This document shows, in pieces, positions 29,153 to 36,373 of a stretch of DNA of 37,838 nucleotides. The position numbers were made by a program, and so were the translations under genes. Positions within the stretch are counted from its first letter, which is position 1. Each line of letters begins with the position of its first letter. The DNA is from Gammaproteobacteria bacterium (GTDB taxonomy: Bacteria > Pseudomonadota > Gammaproteobacteria > GCA-001735895). A model generated the notes under the pieces. It did not search any database, was not told where the DNA came from, and saw only the letters and a list, made by a program, of their open reading frames with translations. The stretch is from NCBI GenBank assembly GCA_050298595.1, contig JBNKUM010000012.1, forward strand, positions 1 through 37,838. Reading direction: 5' to 3'.

Positions 29153-29429
29153 TTTTATCTTCCTGGTCACAGCACTGGCTCCCAACTGGACAGCATTGGC
29201 TATTAACCACTTCACGATCAAACAGAGCTTTCGCTTCTTCTTTGGTAACGCTTCTTGAGCCGTTAACCACACTTTCGGAGATATTAAGCGCAGCGTTCAT
29301 TGCTGCTGCACTTAGTCCTGCTTTAATTGCCTCGTTGCGATGAACTTTCATGCATTTTGTACAATTTATTGCATAGGCGACACCCAGCGCGATAAGCTCT
29401 TTGGTTTGATAATCGATAACCTCTGACAT
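29142..29429 (-). CDS. Carboxymuconolactone decarboxylase/AhpD-like protein
   Basis: KELIALGVA..INCxxCM..H...A.KAG core with a CC...CC tail; GAGGA RBS. Confidence 0.9.
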   Translation of the reverse strand: MSEVIDYQTKELIALGVAYAINCTKCMKVHRNEAIKAGLSAAAMNAALNISESVVNGSRSVTKEEAKALFDREVVNSQCCPVGSQCCDQEDKNVE

Positions 29430-29479
29430 TCTCTATTTCCTCTTTATGAATAAACTATGATCTCAAACGATCACTCATA

Positions 29480-29507
29480 AAGACGATATTGCGACGAAAA
29501 GGTTACA
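29480..29507 (-). promoter_or_regulatory. ECF-sigma-type promoter for the CMD/PAS operon
   Basis: Minus strand TGTAAC-N16-CGTCTT, matching the AAC/CGT ECF consensus. Confidence 0.7.
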
Positions 29508-29589
29508 AAAACTTAAGGAGCCTCTGATTGCGCTTTGTCTTTTGCACCTTCAATCTAAAAATTTCTAGTCAGAACGAAGCCGCAACAGG

Positions 29590-30165
29590 TTAATCTTTTC
29601 TTTCGCATAGCATCTGGTTGTCACAGGTAGTTGTGATGATACAGCCACGTTCGATTTCATCTTTCAACCGGGATCTAGCCCTGTGTAATCTGACCTTTGT
29701 CGCGTTTTGCGAGATATCCAGTATCTCGGATATTTCAGAAATATTCCGACCCTCCAATTCGCTCAATACCAATACCGTCGCGTATTGATCTGGCAAACGA
29801 TGAACAAACTCTCTGATGCATTGGTTCATTTCATTAGTAATATTCAGCAATTCAGGTGAGACCTCGTCAACTAATGATGAGTCATAATATTTGAGATCTT
29901 GCTCGGATATGGCATCGTTTTCCTTTTTATAGCGGCTCTTAAGGAAGTCTTTCGCGGAATTTGTGGCAATCCGAAAAATCCAGTTTTTTACACTTGAATC
30001 GCCTCTAAATTGCTGTTTGTTTTTTATAACCTTGATAAAGACTTCCTGTGTCAGTTCTTCGGCATAGTTTCCACCGACAAATTTCTCCAGGTATCTTCTG
30101 ACAGGTTCAAAGTACTGTTGGTAGAGGAGGTCATCATGCATGGGAGAGGGCTTCAGTGATTTCAC
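29590..30165 (-). CDS. ECF sigma factor (SigZ/ECF29-like, Cys-containing C-terminal tail)
   Basis: AEELTQEVFIK, FRG.SS.K.WIFRIATN and LP..Y..VLVLSELEG...EI.EIL.IS....K.RLHRAR motifs; tail GC.....C.....CE. The start may be the ATG at 30141. Confidence 0.92.
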   Translation of the reverse strand: MKSLKPSPMHDDLLYQQYFEPVRRYLEKFVGGNYAEELTQEVFIKVIKNKQQFRGDSSVKNWIFRIATNSAKDFLKSRYKKENDAISEQDLKYYDSSLVDEVSPELLNITNEMNQCIREFVHRLPDQYATVLVLSELEGRNISEISEILDISQNATKVRLHRARSRLKDEIERGCIITTTCDNQMLCERKD

Positions 30166-30336
30166 TAAATTGTAAAAACCTGAGCAGATAAAGTCTATTT
30201 TTTTAAATGTTACGTTTATTAAAATATATGTCCACGACTTACATATATCTCAGTACCGATAATGACTTGAAGAATCCCAAATTTTTGTGAGGTTTCGTAT
30301 AAACTAATAATGACTCTTTATCAAAATCAGGTGTAT

Positions 30337-30423
30337 TGTTCATTGCGAGCGATAGCGCGGCAATCTATGCATTTTTACACCATTGAACACCCTTAGATTC
30401 TCACGCTGTCGCTCGGAATAACA
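30337..30423. repeat. RPE/REP-like palindromic element
   Basis: About 30-bp imperfect arms: TGTTCATTGCGAGCGATAGCGCGGCAATCTA and TAGATTCTCACGCTGTCGCTCGGAATAACA. Confidence 0.75.
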
Positions 30424-30516
30424 GGTTTTTTATTAATATCAGAATAATTTTATATATCTAATATTTTTCATACATAGCCATTAAACTTCTTATCAACTAA
30501 GAGCAAAGAATAAAGC

Positions 30517-32220
30517 ATGACTGACCCTACAAGACATGATAGTGATAAAACGGTTGTCCAGCAACCAGATAACGCTGATATGAAAGCGAACCATGAGATA
30601 ACGGTCGAACAGCTCATCAAGGATAAACTCGGAAACCGCTTCAAGCTACATGCGCGGATAGGTATAGGAGGCATGGGGCAGGTTTTCAAGGCAAAGGATC
30701 AGGAGCTCGACCGGATTGTAGCGATCAAGGCAATTCACCCCAGCCTGATCAAAGAGAAATGGATCTCAGAAAGGCTGCGTAACGAGGCGAAAATCGTTGC
30801 CAAACTGAAACATGCCAACATCGTGCAGATTTACGACTTTATCGAGGTTTCAGGGCACTACCTGATGGTGCTTGAATTCATTGAAGGGCACGATTTCAAG
30901 ATGATTACTGACCAGAGCCTGTTAAGTCGAGAGCAGATGCTTGAAAAATTTATCGATATCTGTGATGCCGTACAATATGCACATGTGCAGGGTATTATTC
31001 ATCGCGATCTGAAGCCACACAACATCATGCTGACATCAGATGGCCAGGTGAAAATCATGGACTTCGGTATCTCGTCGATAGTTCAAAGTGGTAACGAGTC
31101 GGAAACCCACACTGATTCCAGCCCTGAAGGCAGCCCAATGTTCATGGCGCCCGAGCTGTTCCAGAATATCAATGCGGGCATTACATCGGATATATACGCA
31201 CTGGGAATTACCCTGTTTTACACACAGACATCCAAACCCCCATTTCCACTGATATCGCAGCAAGACCTGATCTCTAATATCGTCAATACAGGGATTCCTG
31301 CTCCATCAACCAGGCATGATAAAGTGAGCAAGGAAGTGGATGCGATCTGTTTGAAGGCCTGCGCACTAAACCCCGCTGATCGTTACCAGAGCGCACTGGA
31401 GATGGGACAGGATCTCAGACGCTTCATTCACCGGCTGCCTGTCAGTACCTTACATTACCCCTTGATTGAATCAGTGACCCGGTCAATTTCTTTCAGGCCG
31501 CTGGTTTCGATGTTTTCCTTTTTCGGTATCGCCCTGCTTTTCGTTGCCGTATTTCTGGGCAGTAATCATGTACACAGGATAGCTGAAAAGGCCCTGCTCA
31601 CCACTTTACACGACAAGGTGGGAAATACCGCTTACAGTGTGAGTCTCACGTTGAATAATAACGATATCTACCGGCTTTTCGAATCGTCCGAAATTAACCA
31701 CAAGCTATACCTTGCGGTGGACCGACCCATTGCATCATTGCAAAAGTACAACAAGGAAATTCGTGATGCGTATTTATTGCAGCCGCTAAATCAGGGCAGG
31801 GATTTCAAGGTCATATTTGCTCGCCACGGCCCAGGGAGTTTGAACTTTGACAGGATTACTCAGGGACACGATACCTGGTCAGCTGATCCCGTCGTGGAAA
31901 GTGAGCATGCCAAAAGTATGATGCGCCAGACCCTGGTGGACAAGGTCGTCATCCAGGAAGAACTCGACGCCGATTCAACACATGGTCAATATTGGCAGAA
32001 ACGCATGCTGGGATACTCGCCCGTCTATGGAGCTGATGGTAAAGCGTTCGCGATATTGGTGCTGGAGATTGCCAGTGGCGGGATTGCGACAACCTTCCAG
32101 CAGATTGAAGATGCCTTCCGCTTTGCGCTTGGTTTTACAATCTTCGTGACCTTGTTGCTGTTGCTGGCAGTCATTGGAACGCTCGTGCTGCTTTGGAAAA
32201 ATCAGTCACCGCCGCAATAG
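30517..32220 (+). CDS. Hanks-type Ser/Thr protein kinase with two TM helices and a periplasmic sensor-like domain
   Basis: GIGGMGQV, VAIK, HRDLKPHN, DFG, MAPE and SDIYALG motifs; TM segments near aa 328-347 and 535-560; Cache-like GYSPVY..DG...AIL.LEI. Confidence 0.92.
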   Translation: MTDPTRHDSDKTVVQQPDNADMKANHEITVEQLIKDKLGNRFKLHARIGIGGMGQVFKAKDQELDRIVAIKAIHPSLIKEKWISERLRNEAKIVAKLKHANIVQIYDFIEVSGHYLMVLEFIEGHDFKMITDQSLLSREQMLEKFIDICDAVQYAHVQGIIHRDLKPHNIMLTSDGQVKIMDFGISSIVQSGNESETHTDSSPEGSPMFMAPELFQNINAGITSDIYALGITLFYTQTSKPPFPLISQQDLISNIVNTGIPAPSTRHDKVSKEVDAICLKACALNPADRYQSALEMGQDLRRFIHRLPVSTLHYPLIESVTRSISFRPLVSMFSFFGIALLFVAVFLGSNHVHRIAEKALLTTLHDKVGNTAYSVSLTLNNNDIYRLFESSEINHKLYLAVDRPIASLQKYNKEIRDAYLLQPLNQGRDFKVIFARHGPGSLNFDRITQGHDTWSADPVVESEHAKSMMRQTLVDKVVIQEELDADSTHGQYWQKRMLGYSPVYGADGKAFAILVLEIASGGIATTFQQIEDAFRFALGFTIFVTLLLLLAVIGTLVLLWKNQSPPQ

Positions 32221-32259
32221 AGAATACTGAAAAAGCGCGCTTTATCTGAATTCCAGTAA

Positions 32260-32668
32260 AATGGGGTACATACCTGACTATGTCCTGGACATAATGACCC
32301 GGTTGAAAATTGACTCCAGGCACTGGGTTTACCTGACAAAGGATTTTGAAAGCCCGTTTAAATCAAGGATAGGTAGCGCTTAAAAAATAAGACAAGCCTG
32401 CGAACAAACAGGCAAGAACTGGGTGCATAGTATTAAACGCTGTGCTGAAGTTTTTCCACAAACACAACCTCTAACTCACATCCCAATCTCACAAAACTCA
32501 ACCTGATAGCGCAGGTTGCAGGTTACTTTGCCCTGAAAACCCAGTTAGAGTGGAAATACCCGGTAGGAGTTGTATAAACCAGCATCTAGGTCAAAGCCCT
32601 CTATCGGTTAAACTGAATCAACATCTCAATAACTCAATTTTTAGAATACTTCTAAAAGATAAGTGTCT
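32260..32668 (+). mobile_element. Y1/HUH (RAYT-like) transposase remnant, copy 3, with tail
   Basis: GYIPD...MTRLKIDSRHWVYLTKDFESPFKS.IGSA*KIRQACEQ.GKNWVH..KRCAEVF. The tail aligns with copies 1 and 2 and ends AAGTGTCT, followed by TTTGTTTGTT x2 (32668-32687). Confidence 0.8.
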
Positions 32669-32881
32669 TTGTTTGTTTTTGTTTGTTAATGCAACAGAAT
32701 TATCCACCAGCCTGTGCATATTGATCGATGATATACTACCCTTTTGCTACTTGTTGTTATCCTTGGGGTTTGTGCTATAACCGGTCGTTGTTCAAACGCC
32801 GATGACCAGTCGTAAATCGGAACGGGAAAGGCATTAAGAAGATGTTGTCAATGATATTGAAAAAGCGGGATTGTTATACGT

Positions 32882-33421
32882 ATGCAAGCTAGAAACCTGA
32901 AAATAGTATTTGCCGGCTCTGTCGGTGCCGGAAAAACCACGGCTATTCACTCGCTGAGTGATATAGAAGTCGTGCAAACCGAAGAGGTGACGACAGATGA
33001 GGTCAACCAGATGAAGGAAAATACTACGGTAGCAATGGATTATGGCAAGATGATTCTGAACGATAATACAATCCTTCATCTTTATGGCACCCCCGGGCAG
33101 GAGCGGTTTGATTTCATGTGGCAAATACTCTCGCAGGGAGCGCTAGGGGTGATTATTCTGATTGATGCGGCAAGCTCGAATCCCTTCGCCCAGATTGACA
33201 TCTATATGAACGGCTTCAAACAGCAGTTGCTTGACCGCAGCATGGTCATTGGCATATCCCGTATTGACCTTAACGAACAGTTTCAACTGGATGAATATCG
33301 TAGTTATATCAGTCGTTACAATCCGAGCATTCCGCTGTTCACTCTAGATGCACGCGAAGAAGCGCAGGTCCGGTCATTGGTAAAAGCTCTGTTGTACTGC
33401 TTTGACCCCTGTCTGGCGTAA
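32882..33421 (+). CDS. Small ATP/GTP-binding protein (MglA/conservon CvnD-like GTPase)
   Basis: GSVGAGKTT, TTVAMDYG, LYGTPGQERFDFMW and DAR motifs. Confidence 0.92.
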   Translation: MQARNLKIVFAGSVGAGKTTAIHSLSDIEVVQTEEVTTDEVNQMKENTTVAMDYGKMILNDNTILHLYGTPGQERFDFMWQILSQGALGVIILIDAASSNPFAQIDIYMNGFKQQLLDRSMVIGISRIDLNEQFQLDEYRSYISRYNPSIPLFTLDAREEAQVRSLVKALLYCFDPCLA

Positions 33422-33722
33422 AAATTTTGCGGCCTTCTGAAATTAATCTGCTTTAATTATGTGATTTTGGCCTGCTTCTTTCGCAGGCAGCAAAGTCGCT
33501 ACGGATTATATGAATTACTATAAAGCAAACATCTCTGCGGTCAGCCATTACATTTGACACTCGGATATGGATTTTGAGATTTTATTAACTTTCCAGTGCG
33601 GGTGGGAGAGTGTTCTGGATGCAGCCATTCAACGGTTAGCCTGGCTGTAAAAGTTTATGATATGTGGAAGTAAAATGTAATGGTCTAGCATTCTGGCCCT
33701 ACGCATTCACGATTCGAAAGTT

Positions 33723-33817
33723 TAATTAACCACGAAGAGCATGCAGATTCATTAATTGATTCAATATATCATTACCTTACGTCAGATATCAGCGGTCAAC
33801 TGCGGAATCCAGGTTTA
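33723..33817. repeat. Partial AACCACGAAG repeat (copy C) plus MITE-like end overlapping the FNR stop codon
   Basis: TAATTAACCACGAAGAGCA at 33723 and CAACTGCGGAATCCAGGTTTA at 33797-33817. Confidence 0.6.
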
Positions 33818-34708
33818 ATAGACTTCAGTATTCCACTGTCCATTGTCGATAAAATTCTTTTTCATGGCAGGCCAATCCAGGCCTTGCTGCTCGGCCAGGG
33901 CAGAAAAAACTTCATCTACACCATCCTCCATACCCTTTAATCCACAAATATAAACCGCAAAATTTCCTGCACAGATCATCTCCCAAACCTCCTGTTTATG
34001 TTCGGTGAGTTTGTGTTGCACATAACCCCGTTCTGCATCTTCGTTATGTGCTCTGGACAGGGCGCGAAAGGCTTCAAAGGTATCCTTGGTCATATACTGA
34101 CCAATATCGTCATTTTTGTCGTTAAGAAACAATGCTTCCATGGCATTTTTAACACCATAGAAGAGGCGTATGCGACCATTCCAGAAGCCTTTTTCCTGGA
34201 AGATATGTCGAATAAAAGCACGAAACGGCGCAATGCCGGTGCCTACTGCGATCAAAATCAGATCGATGGAATCATCTTCGGGTAATAAAAATCGTCGCCC
34301 ACTGGGACCAATCAGCGCGACAGAGTCCCCAGGTTTTAGATCACACAGGTAGTTGGATGCAACCCCCGCAACTTTGGTGCCGCTGACCTTGTCTTCGCTA
34401 AAAACCCGTTTTACACAGATGGTAGCGGTGGTTGAGCTACCATCATCGCCAGTTCGTGCAGAGGCAATGGAATAGAGGCGTGCTTTATGTGGTTTTCCCG
34501 GCTCTATTTCTCCGGGAGGGATAATACCTACCGACTGGCCTTCTATATAGTGGATTCCACTACCACTTACATCCAGGATGATATTGCGAACTTCATCATT
34601 GCTATCGGTTTCAGTCAGTTCGGTAGTGGATACTACTCTGGCTATAAAAGGGGAGCTTGGCTTATAGGTTAAAGTTGATTCTGGGATACTGTATTTTTTT
34701 ATTCGCAT
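33815..34708 (-). CDS. Ferredoxin--NADP+ reductase, plant-type (PetH-like)
   Basis: Y.EGQS.G.IPPG, RLYSIAS, GVASNYLCDL, GTGIAPFR and YICGLKGM motifs; terminal EVY. Confidence 0.92.
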   Translation of the reverse strand: MRIKKYSIPESTLTYKPSSPFIARVVSTTELTETDSNDEVRNIILDVSGSGIHYIEGQSVGIIPPGEIEPGKPHKARLYSIASARTGDDGSSTTATICVKRVFSEDKVSGTKVAGVASNYLCDLKPGDSVALIGPSGRRFLLPEDDSIDLILIAVGTGIAPFRAFIRHIFQEKGFWNGRIRLFYGVKNAMEALFLNDKNDDIGQYMTKDTFEAFRALSRAHNEDAERGYVQHKLTEHKQEVWEMICAGNFAVYICGLKGMEDGVDEVFSALAEQQGLDWPAMKKNFIDNGQWNTEVY

Positions 34709-34893
34709 AGTTTTTTACCCTGATTGCCCAGTTTTTTGATCCAGTGATAAAGCCTGAATATTACAATAATTCAGGTGATGCAATACCTAACGCTTATCAA
34801 CTTTTGGACCTGGCTTTTTCGTTTTAATCTCTATTTAGTATTTTTTTTCTCAATATCAATCTCAAACGTTTTGTTAGCTGGAACCTTGAGATC

Positions 34894-35004
34894 TTAACCA
34901 CGAAGAACACGAAGATTAATAAATGTTTTTCTTCGTGTGCTCGGTAACTGCTGCGTTGCTCTAATTACAGGCATCCTGCCTTAATCGGTGTGCTTCGTGG
35001 TTAA
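34894..35004. repeat. AACCACGAAG-type palindromic repeat, copy D (complete), with a 44-bp nested insert
   Basis: Perfect 12-bp IR TTAACCACGAAG/CTTCGTGGTTAA with inner IR CACGAAGA/TCTTCGTG; the insert is bounded by TCGGT direct repeats (34941 and 34985). Confidence 0.85.
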
Positions 35005-35138
35005 ACTTATGATAATCCTGGTTTCATAAAACGGTGTAATAAGAGGTTTTTTACTGCTTCCTGAAAGTTTCTGTTAAACAGCTGGGGCAGCCTTAATCTT
35101 AGTTACCAGGGCAAAAAACAAGATCTCTAGCTCCGCTT

Positions 35139-35939
35139 TCATTGGCCCGATCCATGACTTAACTTTTTGCAGCCACTTGCAATTACCATGTTAACGCAAC
35201 AGTAAAAACGACCCTCCTGCTCTCGACGTTTAAGTTCACAGAGCCAACGGCTAGCTTCATCTTCGTCGATGACAGAATTATCAAGCGCCGAGTCGATCAG
35301 CCAGTTACCGAAAGGTGTTTCATCAAAACGCTGTTGTAACATCGGTACGATGTCAGTACGTAGGTCAGACAGGCCATGATCGAGACATAATGCTGGTAGA
35401 TGCCTGCCTGCAAGGCCATTTGGGCGCATCATTAGTGTGAAGAATTCCATAAGGCGACGTTCTAACGCGCTATCGCTGAAATTGACGCTTGCGCTCGCCC
35501 AGTCAGTGTCGGCGAGAACCACGCGCCCGCCGGAGCGAGTGACTCGTGTCAGCTCGGCGACGATAGTCTGCTCATGTTCTGGCGGCAGGACCTGGAGCAG
35601 GCGTTCGGCACGGCTGGCAGCAACACTAGCGTCTGGCAGTGGTAGTTTTAAAGCCGAGCCACTGTGGTACTTAATTCTGTCTAGACATCCGGCGAGAGCT
35701 GAAGCCTGTTCGGCTTCGGTCAGCATGTTTATATCGTTGTCTATACCGATCACCCTGCCATTACTGCCAACCATTTCAGCCAGTGGTATGGTATCAACAC
35801 CGGGACCGCAACCGACATCAAGCACAGTGTCGCCAGCTACGAATGACATATGTTGATAGCTCAATTGTTTAAATACACGCATGCGATCAGCGGTATTCTT
35901 GAGGTAATCAGAAGTGACGTATCCGTTATCGAGTGACAT
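35139..35939 (-). CDS. Class I SAM-dependent methyltransferase (UbiE-like)
   Basis: VLDVGCGPG, V.GID, A..LP..D.S and RV.R.GGRVV..DTDW motifs; AGGAG RBS. Confidence 0.92.
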   Translation of the reverse strand: MSLDNGYVTSDYLKNTADRMRVFKQLSYQHMSFVAGDTVLDVGCGPGVDTIPLAEMVGSNGRVIGIDNDINMLTEAEQASALAGCLDRIKYHSGSALKLPLPDASVAASRAERLLQVLPPEHEQTIVAELTRVTRSGGRVVLADTDWASASVNFSDSALERRLMEFFTLMMRPNGLAGRHLPALCLDHGLSDLRTDIVPMLQQRFDETPFGNWLIDSALDNSVIDEDEASRWLCELKRREQEGRFYCCVNMVIASGCKKLSHGSGQ

Positions 35940-36231
35940 GAATGCTCCTGGATTGATTAAGCCGAGTCGATAACGATACTGATTTTTTTATGGCAGAAAA
36001 AGATACAGATGAAGGTAAAATTTATCGTAACAGATGTGAATGCAGTTTTTTGTAACTTAACAACTAAGTGTTGAATTATCAAATTCCAACAGTTTCACAA
36101 GCTCAAGTGGTACTTAAACTGGGCCATCCTGAGTGGATGGCAGCTGGTGAAAATCGCTATTTATCGGTCAGTCGAAATCTTGCTCTTAGTTACAAAGGCT
36201 AAAAGCTAGTGCAGTGCCCTAAACTGGAAGT

Positions 36232-36356
36232 AGGGGGTAGACCACAATTTCTGGTTCCCATGCTCCCGCATGTGGATCCATACCTTTCGCAGTCAATTTG
36301 AACTCGTATGCATTCCCACGAGAGAGTGTGGTAACGAGAGAACGAGTCTGCCCCCT
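36232..36356. repeat. Nested REP/REPIN-like palindrome
   Basis: Outer IR AGGGGGTAGAC/GTCTGCCCCCT; inner roughly 33-bp arms CTGGTTCCCATGCTCCCGCATGTGGATCCATAC and GTATGCATTCCCACGAGAGAGTGTGGTAACGAG. Confidence 0.75.
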
Positions 36357-36373
36357 TGAAATTTGAATTTAGG

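Noticed and set aside
28559-29343. Plus-strand ORFs 28559-28993 and 29074-29343, and the long 29272 start for the PAS-like gene
   Set aside because: The plus-strand ORFs are antisense to better-supported genes. The 29272 start overlaps CMD by 130 bp, whereas the ATG at 29152 gives a normal short overlap.
22186-35004. CACGAAG repeats as a CRISPR array
   Set aside because: The copies are dispersed kilobases apart, the units are 9 bp without unique spacers, and no cas genes are present.
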